DNA of 64,000 bases from Betaproteobacteria bacterium RIFCSPLOWO2_02_FULL_63_19 (GTDB taxonomy: Bacteria; Pseudomonadota; Gammaproteobacteria; Burkholderiales; SG8-39), in NCBI GenBank assembly GCA_001770415.1, contig MEQX01000069.1, positions 9,185-73,184 of the forward strand, in the 5' to 3' direction. The translations under genes and the position numbers were made by a program. The notes beneath the pieces are model-generated. The model worked only from the letters and a program-made list of their open reading frames with translations, was not told where the DNA came from and did no database searches. Below, piece after piece: positions 39,802-50,719 of the stretch; the first letter of the stretch is position 1, and every line of letters begins with the position of its first letter.

Positions 39802-42618
39802 TTACCAGCAGGTGTTGAGCGGCACGGCGAAGCCGTCGCACAGCGGGTTGACCGTGCAGCTCGAATTGGTGTGGCTCGAATTTGCGAGCGGCGTGATCGG
39901 CGAGATCCAGGCCGCATCGCTGCACGGCCCGGCAGCGCCGTTCGGGCAGCCGTTGCTCGCGTCCGTTGCCGGACGGTGCGCGCTCGCGTACACGTACTGA
40001 ATGCAGGTCGGCGCGAACTGCGTGCCGGCGACGCACGCGCCGCTCGCGTTGGCGACCGTCAGTCCCGGAAAGCCCGTGTATTCGTTGTTCAGGTTGGTCT
40101 GGATGCAACTCGCGCTGGGGTCGCTATCGACGTACGCGCTGGTGAAATTCGCGTTCTGCACCTGGGCGTTGGTGAAGTCCGCGCCCTGCAGGAAGGCGAA
40201 GCTGAAATCGGTCGCGGCGCCGGTGGCCGCATTGCGATTGAGGTTGGCGTCCCTGAACGAGGTGCCAAAGAGCAGGGCGCCGGAGAAGCTCGCGCCGTTG
40301 GCGCGGGTGCCACTCATGTCCACGCCGGCCAGGTAGGCGTTGGCGAAGCGGGTGCTGTCCATGCTCGCGCGGTAGGCGCTCGCGCAGGTGGGCTTGGCGT
40401 AGGTGTCGCACGCCGGTTGGCAGGACTGTGGCGTTGCGCTGTAGAAGCTCGCATAGCTGAAATCCGAACCATCGAGGTTGGCGCCGGACAGGTTGGCATT
40501 CTTCAAGTGGGCGCCCGAGAGGCTGGCCGCAACGCCCAAGTTGCTCGCGTTGAGCGTCGCGTGGCACAGGTTCGCGGATTCGAGGTTGGCGTAATTCAGC
40601 TTCGCGCCCTGCAGCGTCGCGAAGCGCAGGTCGGCGTTGCTCAGGTTCGAATTCGACAACTGCGCGCCCGTCAGGTTGGCGTGCTGCAGCTTGACGCCTG
40701 CGGACAGATCGAGCTTCTGCATATCGACACCGGCCAGGTTGCAGTATTCGCAGCGGTCGGTTTGAGTCAGAATGGTTACCGAATCCGTGCCTAGGCGGAT
40801 GGAACCCGGCGCGAAATTGGCGTCGGCGAAACGTACACAGCCCGACTGGTTGAATAGGTGTGAGGTGCCTTGGTATTCGTAGCCGGTGTAGACCGTTGCA
40901 GTGGTTTGCGGGCCAAGTTGTAGCGAGTTCATGAATCCGCCGAGAATGGACAACTGGTCGATCGGGACCGTGGGTTGCGGATAGGGCAGGCTGATGCCTT
41001 CTGAAACCATCGCCGCGCCGGTGCAATTGGCGCCGGAGAACATCGCCATTTCGCCGACTGCCAGCTTCCAGGCTCCGCCCGAATCGGCCATGGAGGCGGG
41101 CATGCCATTCGGAAAATAGCGAAAACCTACGCGTATCTCAGGCGGCTGATAAAATCCCCATATCCCGACGTCGTACGCACTCGTGAGTTGAGTCAGGAGT
41201 GCAGGCGACAGCCCATAAATTATCTGGGACGAAAGCAGTTGGATGCTGTTGTCCGAGGGATTCGACGTCCTGTCCGAGTAGCTCGCGATCGACAGTGTGA
41301 TCGGCGTGAACTGGCCGGCGTCGGCGATCTGCGACTGCGCAGGATTGCTCGGGTTGAACGCCAGCGGTGCGACCCAGAGCGGCTCCGGCCAGGGCTGCGA
41401 GACTTCGAGCGATACTCTGCCCCCGCGGTAGGTTTGATAGTCCAGCGCATAGGTATGATGCTGCGGATCGACAGATTTGCCGGAGCCATCTGAGGCCGGC
41501 GAGGTGGTGCAGTAGTACGGCAGTCCGAAAGTACTGAGCGATCCGTCGCCGTATCGCGTGACCTCGAAAAAGTTCGCGGCATCGAACAGGTAGCGCGTCC
41601 GCGTCGTACTGTCCCACGGCCAGAAGTAGGGAGAAATCTGGGCGACTGGCTGGATCTGGCCCCTGCACCCGAATGCGACCCGGTATCCTGAAGTCGGGTC
41701 CACGTTCCCGCCGATATCATTGGCGCCGGTGAAACTCAGATAATTGCCGCTGCGCGTGTCATACACGGCCCAGTATTCCGGGTGGCTCGGGTCGGAGGCG
41801 GCTCGCACGCGCGGTGCGGCCGCACGCGCGGAGGCGAGCATCGGGACAGGGGGCGGCGCTGCGTGATGTACGAAGATCGTTCGCTTCGATCCCGAACCGC
41901 CGTAGGTGTGCCGCATGGTGTAGATGCCTGTGCTTGCGCCGAAATCGATGCAGGGGGCGCCCGCTTTCAGGCTGAACACCTCTTGGCCGGCGGCATCGAG
42001 CAGCTGCAGCGTGTCCGCGCCTACGTCCTGCGCGTCCATGCAGAACTTGTACGTCTTGGTGGCAAGCTGCAGCGGAAAGCTCTGCGTGCCGGTTTCCGGC
42101 GCTGACCGCAGAACAACATGATGGGATTCGGTTGCGACCAGGCTGGAATTGGCCTTGAAATCCTTCAGCGTCAGCGCCGACAGCTCCTGCAGCACGGTTT
42201 CCCAGGCCCAGGAATCGCCGCTCAGGTGCAGTACGACGTCGCCGTAGACCCTGGTGTCGATGTGCAGCCGGGATATCCTGATCCTCGCGTCGGCGGGGCG
42301 CCAGTCGGACGTGATGGTCGCGTTCACCGGGCTCAACAGCGCCGCCTTCAGGAAATCTTCACGCGTCACCGAGCGCCGGAGGCCGACCGATTCAACATTC
42401 CAGCGGCCGCTTTTTCGCAACAGCAGCACGACGTCGGGATAGACCTGGTCGCCCACCTGCAGGCCCGGAAGCGCAAGGCGCTCCGCATCGCTCTGGAACG
42501 TCAGGATGGAGTCCGCGATCGGCGGCGAAGAGTACGTCCCTGACGAGCCTGTAAAGCCGCAGGAAGCGACGTAAAGGGTGATCGCTGCAATGAGCAGCCC
42601 GGGCGCGGTTTTCGGCAT
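39802..42618 (-). CDS. Lipoprotein with beta/gamma-crystallin-like and pentapeptide-repeat domains
   Basis: AGGAGG RBS; VASC lipobox; MFSGANCTG...NSLQLG...VYTGYEYQG; long A(N/D)LxG repeats starting CEYCNL; Cys-rich end. Confidence 0.85.
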   Translation of the reverse strand: MPKTAPGLLIAAITLYVASCGFTGSSGTYSSPPIADSILTFQSDAERLALPGLQVGDQVYPDVVLLLRKSGRWNVESVGLRRSVTREDFLKAALLSPVNATITSDWRPADARIRISRLHIDTRVYGDVVLHLSGDSWAWETVLQELSALTLKDFKANSSLVATESHHVVLRSAPETGTQSFPLQLATKTYKFCMDAQDVGADTLQLLDAAGQEVFSLKAGAPCIDFGASTGIYTMRHTYGGSGSKRTIFVHHAAPPPVPMLASARAAAPRVRAASDPSHPEYWAVYDTRSGNYLSFTGANDIGGNVDPTSGYRVAFGCRGQIQPVAQISPYFWPWDSTTRTRYLFDAANFFEVTRYGDGSLSTFGLPYYCTTSPASDGSGKSVDPQHHTYALDYQTYRGGRVSLEVSQPWPEPLWVAPLAFNPSNPAQSQIADAGQFTPITLSIASYSDRTSNPSDNSIQLLSSQIIYGLSPALLTQLTSAYDVGIWGFYQPPEIRVGFRYFPNGMPASMADSGGAWKLAVGEMAMFSGANCTGAAMVSEGISLPYPQPTVPIDQLSILGGFMNSLQLGPQTTATVYTGYEYQGTSHLFNQSGCVRFADANFAPGSIRLGTDSVTILTQTDRCEYCNLAGVDMQKLDLSAGVKLQHANLTGAQLSNSNLSNADLRFATLQGAKLNYANLESANLCHATLNASNLGVAASLSGAHLKNANLSGANLDGSDFSYASFYSATPQSCQPACDTYAKPTCASAYRASMDSTRFANAYLAGVDMSGTRANGASFSGALLFGTSFRDANLNRNAATGAATDFSFAFLQGADFTNAQVQNANFTSAYVDSDPSASCIQTNLNNEYTGFPGLTVANASGACVAGTQFAPTCIQYVYASAHRPATDASNGCPNGAAGPCSDAAWISPITPLANSSHTNSSCTVNPLCDGFAVPLNTCW

Positions 42619-42896
42619 GTCCATCCTCCTGGCAAGAAGCTCATGCCCGAACGTTCCCGTCTGCGCGGGGTACCTCCGAATATCACTAGCACGTCTATTG
42701 CGCCGCTTTCTTGTCGTTAGCGTGGAATCGTCCGTTCGATTCCACGCTATTATCCCGCGGCGGATCGTCTTATTGCGCGATCCTGCATGCTGCGAAGCAG
42801 GGGTCGCTTTATCCGATGGCTACCTTACTCCCCTCGAACGCGTGGCACAATGGTTTGAGCGCCCGGACGGCGCCGGATCGCTCGATCCAATTCCGT

Positions 42897-43865
42897 TCAG
42901 GCATGGCGCGCCGACACTCGAGTCGGTGCCGGCGACGATGCGTGCGACCCGGCAAGAATGTCCGGCTGGAAGCGAAGATCGAGGAAATCCGTCGCCTGTA
43001 TGCCATCGCGGATGCCGCCGAGTTCGCGCTGCAATGCGACCGAGCGCTCGAATCCGGGCATGTCGATCCGGCAGTCGAGCTGGAAATGCGGCCGCTCGCG
43101 CTCGACCGCGCGCCGCGCCGCCGCCTCGGTGGTGCGGTACTGGCGCGCGGCGAAGGCGACCCATTCATCGACATGGTCGACCGCGTAATGCGCAGAGCGC
43201 TGCGCGCCGCGCAGCACCGCGCGGATCAGCTCCGGATCGCGCGCGATCAGCTCGTTGCGGGCGACGCGGACGATCCACTGATAGTCCGGCAGGTAGGGCT
43301 CGACGAAGGCCGGGGTCCAGTAGTTCAGCAACCCGCGCTCCTCGCCGATGGCGATATTGGGTTCGCTGACCAGGCACGCGTCGATCCTGCCGTCGGCGAG
43401 GAAATCGATCACGCGCGGGTAGTCGTCGAGCAGCGGCACGAAGGTGACATCGGTGTCCGGGTTCAGGCCCTCGCAGATCAGGATCCGGCGCATGATCCAG
43501 TCGGGGCAGCTGCCCAGGCCGAGCATACCGATGCGCCTGCCCTTCAGTGCCTGATAGTCTTTAACCGGAATGTCCTTGGCCGCGCCGAAGAACATGTGCG
43601 CCTTCTGGCGGCAGCCGCTGGCGACGATGCGGAACGCCTTGCCGGCGGCGATGGCGTTGATCGCCGGCGGCGACCCCATTTCGCCGATCTCCAGCGCGCC
43701 GCTGTCGTAAGCGGCGGCGATCTCAGGTCCGCCGAACACCACTCTGACCGAAAGATCGAGCCCTTCGTCCTCGAAGAAACCTCTTTCGATGCCGATGCGC
43801 AGCGCGACCGCGCATTTGTCGGTGGGCGTGCCGTAGACCACTTTGCACAACCCGGGCATGGTCAT
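42897..43865 (-). CDS. SsuA/NMT1/THI5-like substrate-binding-fold protein
   Basis: GIERGFFEDEGLDL, GGPE, LKGRRIG, GL.P..DV; AGGAG RBS; no signal peptide and no ABC partners adjacent. Confidence 0.85.
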   Translation of the reverse strand: MTMPGLCKVVYGTPTDKCAVALRIGIERGFFEDEGLDLSVRVVFGGPEIAAAYDSGALEIGEMGSPPAINAIAAGKAFRIVASGCRQKAHMFFGAAKDIPVKDYQALKGRRIGMLGLGSCPDWIMRRILICEGLNPDTDVTFVPLLDDYPRVIDFLADGRIDACLVSEPNIAIGEERGLLNYWTPAFVEPYLPDYQWIVRVARNELIARDPELIRAVLRGAQRSAHYAVDHVDEWVAFAARQYRTTEAAARRAVERERPHFQLDCRIDMPGFERSVALQRELGGIRDGIQATDFLDLRFQPDILAGSHASSPAPTRVSARHA

Positions 43866-44019
43866 TCTCCTGTTGGCTTTGGATGTCCGGCGCATTATAA
43901 CGGGATGAAGCCCACCGATTCCGCCGAACGCAGTAATCTGACCGGCATCGCAAACCATTGCGCCTGGACATCTTTCACATGATCCGCGGCAAACGAAATG
44001 GCCAAGTGAAGGAGGGGCT

Positions 44020-44556
44020 GTGAGCTGTCGATGGGTTGTTCGCCTCGCGCTTTCGCTGATCGCGATCGTCGGCGCAACGGCATCGGTCGCGGCCGAACTG
44101 GACATTCCGGATCTTTCGCTCGACGTCGCCACGCGACGGCAGGAGGACGGTCGGGTCGGCAAATGGATCCATGAATTCCGGCTCCGGTGCGAAGCGGGAA
44201 CCTGCAATCTGACGGTCATGACGCTCAACCAATGCGTCGAAAGTGTCCCCGGGGCGCCGATCAACGTGCAGATCTACCGGCAGGAGGTCGGCGAACTGCG
44301 CGTCTCGCGTCGGGACAGCGATACATTGGTCGTGGAATTCGACCACCTGTCGGGAACCTCGCGACTGAGAATCGGTTTCGAACGGGTTCAGGTCGGCGCC
44401 TATCTGCGCGGCAAGGTTACCTCCTTCAGCGGCGGGTACATCGACCGCTCCGCGCGGCCGGGCCGTATGGCATTTGTGGAGTACGTGCCGTTGCAAGGGC
44501 GCTACAGCAACGTGACGCTGGACTGCAAGCTCGAGCTGCCGGGGATCGAGAAATAG
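44020..44556 (+). CDS. Exported hypothetical protein
   Basis: GGAGG RBS and GTG start; signal peptide; beta-rich, 4 Cys in the mature part. Confidence 0.7.
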   Translation: MSCRWVVRLALSLIAIVGATASVAAELDIPDLSLDVATRRQEDGRVGKWIHEFRLRCEAGTCNLTVMTLNQCVESVPGAPINVQIYRQEVGELRVSRRDSDTLVVEFDHLSGTSRLRIGFERVQVGAYLRGKVTSFSGGYIDRSARPGRMAFVEYVPLQGRYSNVTLDCKLELPGIEK

Positions 44557-44850
44557 CGCTCGGTGATGCGCCGGCGGATCACCGGACGCGCAGACGATAC
44601 TGTTGACGAATCCGGCGAGGACCGTGTGCCGCGTAATGCGGATAATCCCGCTGCGGTCTTCTGGCACCGCGCTCCCTGAATTTCCGTTGCCCTCGGCGAA
44701 CGCGGCGGCGTTCGCGCAACGAGCGGGTGCAATGGATAGCACAACGATGACCCGAAGTCCGTGGCCACTGCGCATTCGCGCCGTGGGCTTTCCCAGTCGC
44801 GCTCGCTTCGGAGAGAGTAAGCTATCATCCCAATCGGAGGCACGACTTCG

Positions 44851-46679
44851 ATGGCTTATGTGACTGACCTGTATTTCATCGGCGGCAGCGTAATCTATCT
44901 GGTCTGCGTGAGCCTCCTGATCGCCGCCATGCGCGGCGGCTGGTTCAATCGGCTGACCAGCGGCTATCGGTGGACGTTGATTCTGTCGATCGCGCTGATC
45001 GGCGTCGGTTCGACGCTCGTGGTCAGCGTGTGGGCTTATTCCGCCGCGAGAGATCTGCTGTATCGGGAAATCGTCACGGAACTCGACAACGTCGGCCGTG
45101 TCATCGACCAGCAAGTCGAGCGGGAGGTCGCGTTGGCGACTGCTCAGATGGTCGACCTGTCGAGGGCAGTGACCATGGCGATGGCGCGCGACACCGCAGC
45201 CCAACTCCGCGAGGACGTTGCAGCCGTTCAGGTCGTCAACCCGCGCCTGCTTCAGCTGCGGCTCGTCGACCCGCGAATGTCCGTCATTGCCGAGAGCAGT
45301 GTCACGGGTGTGCTCGATCCGATGGGCCGGCTGGCGGTCGGCACGGCACTGGATGACCGGCGATTTGTCTCCGACCCGTTCTTTCCGGAAGCCTTCAAGA
45401 AGTTCGTACTCAGAATTGACGTTCCGGTGAAATCCCGCGAAGGAACGATCATCGGCGTACTCGGTGCACGTTACGACATACAGGAGGCGCTGCAGACGCT
45501 GGCAAATACCGCGCGCTTCAATGCCAACGGCTATGCGGTGGTGGTCGATCACACGGGACGAGTCATTGCCCATCCGGATCCGAAGCGCATCAACGACGAC
45601 CTCTCCGGCTATCCCGCGGTGAAGGCCGGGCTCGAGGGCAAGAGCGGATCGCTGACGGCGCGCAACAAGGCGGGGATCTCGAGGCTGTTTTTCTATCGCC
45701 CGCTGAAGGGCCCGGCGAGCGCGGATCCGAAGCGCATGGTTCTGCTCACCGAAATCGACAGCAACGAAGTGGCGGGCCTGCTGCAAGGGCTGCAGAACCG
45801 ATTTGTGATCGCGGCGGTGGCCGTGATCGTCATCTGTTTGATATTGACCCGGCTGCTTGCCGGGGGCATCGAAACGCCCCTCCGCCAGATGATGAGTGCG
45901 GCGAAGAAGATCGAGGAGGGCGATCTCACGGTGGAGATCGAGCGCAGGGGCGTCGACGAGTTCGGGCGGCTTCTGGTGCGGTCAATTCCATGGTCCGCGG
46001 TCTGCGCGAACGGGAACCCATCAAGCAGGTCTTCGGCCAGTACGTGGCCGCCCACGTCTCGGAAAAGGTGCTGCGCGGGGAAGTCGCCCTCGAAGGCGAG
46101 GCGCGCCGGGTCACGGTGCTCTTTTCGGATATCCGCAACTTCACCTCCATGGCGGAAAAACTGTCTCCGCTCGAGGTGGTCAGGTTTCTGAACGATTACT
46201 TTTCAGAGATGGTCGATGCCGTCTTCGAAAACGAGGGGATGCTGGACAAGTTCATCGGTGACGGCCTGATGGCCATCTTCGGCGCGATCGCGGATGCGCC
46301 GGACCATGCCCACAAGGCGGTACGCACCGGCCTGCGCATGAAAGCGCTGGTGGCGAAGATCAACGGCACCCGCGACATCGGCGGCCTGCCCCCGATCGCC
46401 ATAGGCATCGGCGTGCATACCGACAACGTCATCCTGGGCAACATCGGATCGCGCAAGCGGCTGCAATATACGGCGATCGGCGACGGCGTAAATACCTGCT
46501 CGAGGATCGAGTCGCTGAACAAGGAGTTCGGAACCACGCTGCTGGTGACCGAGGCGACCTACGAACTGACCAAGGACGCATTCGAGTTCGGCCCCGCGCA
46601 GAAAGCCACGATCCGCGGCAAGAGCGAACCGGTCATGTGCTACGAGGTGTTGAGCGAGCGGGCCTCCGCCGTCGGATAG
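44851..46679 (+). CDS. Class III adenylate cyclase with dCache and HAMP domains; 1-nt frameshift near 45972
   Basis: ORFs 44851-46191 and 45990-46679 join if one T is added (CTT[T]CT). Catalytic motifs VLFSDIRNFT, DKFIGDG and YTAIGDGVN..SR are intact. Confidence 0.88.
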
Positions 46680-46768
46680 AGGTACCCGCCCGCCTGGCGT
46701 GTGTTCACTCTGGCCGAGGGCCCGTAGCTGGCGGATGGTCCGGTGCGCGTACGCCCAGGCGAACCCGC

Positions 46769-46875
46769 CGGCCCGGCCGCATGGCGTTCGTCGAATACGT
46801 GCCGCTGGTGGGGCGGTACAACAACGTGACGCTGGACTGCAGGGTCCAGCTGCCGGGCGTCGAGAAATAGCGCTC
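46769..46875 (+). repeat. Diverged copy of the 3' end of the 44020-44556 gene (other copy 44455-44561)
   Basis: Hand alignment: 17 mismatches in 107 nt, 9 of them synonymous; shared stop codon and trailing CGCTC. Confidence 0.85.
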
Positions 46876-46985
46876 AGCGTTGCCGCTCAGCCGATCGATT
46901 TGGTCCGCGGACGCCCGGAATCGGGAACGTCTCAGGGCGCTGCAACCGCAAGCATTCTTGCTTGCGGCCGCAGCGCACCGGTTCG

Positions 46986-49900
46986 CTATTTGACGGTGTA
47001 GATCAGGTTATACCTGCCATTAATCAGCATTTCATTCCACGGCACGGTGACGCCAGAATCGACCGTGCCGAGGCCGTAGCCTGCATACACCTGCGCGCCG
47101 ATGAGCGTGCTTAGATTCAGCTCACCTGCGATGTCGATGGTAATTGTCCCTAGAGTGACGGGTGAGGCGAAATAAGCGGGGTTCTGCGGATCATACGGCA
47201 CCCAGGTCCCGCCGGAGTTCTTGAGGTAAACGGCGTTCCCGTACTGCGCCGGAAGCACGACCGCAACGTATATCGTCCCCACTTTACTTTGATCATTTCC
47301 CGAGGCAACGATCGTTCCGACAACGGTCTTGGAAGTGATGTCGCCTGTCGCCGTACCCGACGCGCTGGCGTTTGTGTTGGCAGTCGCGGTGACGGTGCAG
47401 TTCTGGCTGATCGCGCCGGTGGTGAATGTCTTGCCGTCGGCGCCGAGCGTGCCGGAACAGCCGCTCACGCTGTTCACGACGTAGCCGCTCGCGGGAGTGA
47501 CGGTGAAGCTGGTTGTTCCGCCTGAGGCGACCGTCACCGGGCTGGTCTTGTCATAGGTAACGCGGTCGCCGCCGAGCGTGACCTCGTAGCCGCGCGGGGC
47601 CGAACATTGCGCACTGGCGCCGAGCGCACTCTGGCAACTCCAGGTGTACTTGTCGGTGGCGCTGGTGACTTGCGACGGCGTTGCACCGTCCGCGCAAAGT
47701 TGGCCCTCTGGTGTGCCGAAGAATTGCACCTCGGAGAGCCCCGCCCAGGTAGCGGAACCATAGGTTGAGAGCACTTTGAACGTGATAAACCGTCCCTTTC
47801 CGCTGACCGAATAGGCTTTGCCTAGGCCGTCGCTTTCTTCTGCGAACGTAGTTTTCACCGTGCTCGAAACGGTGGAGCCGTCATCGCCCAAGAACAAAAC
47901 ATCCACGTCTTTTATGCCGCGTGTTGTATACAAGGTCTGGCCGTCAAACTCAAAGTAATTCCATACATGAATGGAAGTCACGTTATGAACGCTGCCGAGG
48001 TCGAAGGTGATTGTGAGCGACCCGGCCCCAGTCGTAAAGCTGCCTAACCACATATGGCTAGCAATCTTGTCATGTGTTGATCCTGTTAATCCAATTCCTC
48101 CGATGGCCGCATTCGCGGGTCGCGACGAAAGCTCATGATTCGCACTGGCTTTGACCACTGAAATCATTCCCGATGTGTTGTTGTTGCCTTCCGGGGCGCT
48201 CAGTAGCGGCTCGCTGCCGCTCGCCGGTCCGCACAAGGACGCAGCGTCGCCTCCGACGGTGTGCACCAGTTTAAAGGTGCCGTTCTTCAGCATGTCGTTC
48301 CATGGGGCGACAGCGCTGGTATCCGGCGCACCAATGCCGTAGCCGAGATAAATCTGCGTACCCGCCAGAGCGCTCAAGTTGAGGCCGGTTACGACATCGA
48401 CGCTGTGCTGTCCCAGAGTGACGGCACCGGCGTAAAACGCTGGATTCGCCGCGTCGAATTTCACCCAGCCACCGCTCGCGTTCTTGAGGTAGACGCGATC
48501 GGGCGTGTCCAACGGCGAATCGGCTGCGAACCCCGAGGGCAGGACCGCGGCGACATAGATGGTTCCTGTCTTGCCTTGATCGCTCCCCGAGGCGGTGATT
48601 TCTGCCGTTATGGTCCGGGAGGTGATCTCTCCAGTTGCTGTCGCTTTGAAGCCTGCGGGACGGATGATGGCAGACGCGGTGACGGTGCAGTTCTGGCTGA
48701 TCGCGCCGGTGGTGAAGGTCTTGCCGTCGGCGCCGAGCGTGCCGGAACAGCCGCTCACGCTGTTGACGACGTAGCCGCTCGCGGGAGTGACGGTGAAACT
48801 GGTTCCATCTGAGGTGACCGTCACCGGGCTGGTCTTGTCAAAGGTCACATTTGCGCCGGCGAGCGTGACGGAATAGCCGCGTTTGGCGGAACAAACCGCT
48901 GTGGTGCCGCCGTTTGAACCTTGGCAACTCCAGTTGTACTGGCTTGTAGTGTCCGTGACCTGCGTGGGGTTGCCGCTCGCGCAGAGGTTGTCTGCCGGCG
49001 CGCTCGTCCACAGCGGTGGGTTATCCGGGTTGCTACCGTGATATCTGTCCGCCGAGCCGCAGGCGCCGTAGACGGGGACGGCTGCGACATTCGTGTTTAC
49101 CCCAATGCAGGACACGTCCGACTTGTTATTGGACGCATCCTCCGCCATCAGGCAGACGGTATACACGGGATTCGAAAACGTGCTCGCCGACAGTCCAGCG
49201 ATGGAGAAATTCGTCGGGGTATTGGCGGTCATCGTCCCGCTGCCCGAGGACAGTCCATCCTGGCCAAGTTTGACTTGATCCGCGGATACGCTTGATTGCG
49301 GTAAGGGATACGGAGCGACAAACACGATCCAGTATCCCGTTGCGTTCTCATTACTGGTGCTTGTCAGCATGGTGCTTGTCAGCGTGGTGCCGGTGCTGGT
49401 CGTGGCCGATACGTCAGTACCGCTCAGCGAGGGCGCTGTCGTGTCTGGGGCGGCAGTCGTGGTGAACGCAACGCAGCTCACGCTCGACTGGTTCGTGGAT
49501 CCATCCTCTGCCATCAGGCAGACGGTGTAGCCGGTACTCGCCGACAGTCCAGTGATCGAAAAATTCTTGGGCGTGCTGGCGGTCATCGCGCCGCTGCCCG
49601 AGGTTACGCCGGCGCTCCCGGTGCTGTTCTGCCCCGCTTTGACCTGCGCCTTCGATGGCGCCGTGGCGCCGGTACCCGACAACACGACCCAGTAGCCCGT
49701 TGCGTTCTCATCGCTGGTGCTTGTCAGCGTGGTGCCGCTGCTGCTCGTTGCCGACACGCCGGTGCCGCTCAGCGTGGGCGCGGTGGTGTCTGCGGCGGCG
49801 GTCGTGGTGACATCGACGCAACTGACGCTTGAGAGGTTCGGGATCCCGTCCTCGGCCATGATGCACAGCGTGTAGCCGGTGCTCGCAGAGAGCCCCGTGA

Positions 49901-50719
49901 TCGAAATATCGGTCGGAACAGCGGGGATCATCGGCGCGTTGCCGGAGGCTAGCGCTGCCCCACCGATGCTGTCGAGACCCGCCTTGACCTGCGCGGCGCT
50001 TGGCGCTGTCGCGCCGGTTCCCGCCAGCTCGACCCAGTAGGCGACAGCCAGCTGGTCGCTGGTGCTCGAGAGCGTCGTGCCGCTGCTGGTCGTCCCCGAA
50101 ACCCCGGTGCTGCTCAGTACCGGCGCGTAGGGGTCGGAAAACACCAGGTTGTCGATGACGATGTCGGACCACGCCCCGCCGCCTTGCTTGGTTACCGTAA
50201 ATCCCGTGACCCCGGTCCAAGGGGTTCCGCCGGTGAAGCTGACGCTCGTGCCGCCAGTTGTCGCGGTGGCATCGACGGTGCTACCGCTTCCGCCGATCTG
50301 GGTGAACGTGAACGTATCGCACGTGGTCCGGCACCCCAATACCAGCGATTGCAGATCGATCTTGGTATCGAACGCGAAGGTAAGCGTTGGGGGGAAGGAT
50401 TGATGAAATCGGTGAGATCGTTGGCCAGATTATTGGTGCCGTTCATCCCCCAGTCGCTTACCAGCAGATTGGCGCCGGTGTCGAGGGTAGCGCCCAATGT
50501 GACACCGAAGGCGGTATCGTTGACTTCGGCCGATCCGCCGCCGATCGCCGATTCGAAGGTGAACGTCGGTGAGACGACGGCCCGGGCGAGCGGAGCCGCG
50601 CCGAGCAGGGAAAGAACCAGAACCGCGAAAAGAAAACGCGCCCGATGAACCAGAAACGCGCGGATTACCGACGAAAATTGCCCGCTGCAACGATGCATCA
50701 AACGCACGCCGTTCGACAT
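46986..50719 (-). CDS. Large repetitive surface protein / adhesin; frameshift at the C6 tract (50389-50394)
   Basis: AGGAG RBS and signal peptide; 3 FN3-like repeats, 2 Cys-containing modules each followed by a beta repeat, a discoidin-like domain and a duplicated C-terminal domain. The two ORFs join if C6 becomes C7. Confidence 0.85.
47385..48797. repeat. Near-identical intragenic repeat (47385-47507 and 48675-48797)
   Basis: About 123 nt at offset 1290 with about 2 mismatches, encoding FTVTPASGYVVNSVSGCSGTLGADGKTFTTGAISQNCTVTA. Confidence 0.9.

Noticed and set aside
40100-40760. Qnr-type quinolone resistance gene
   Set aside because: The repeats sit in a 938-aa exported lipoprotein, not a small cytoplasmic protein.
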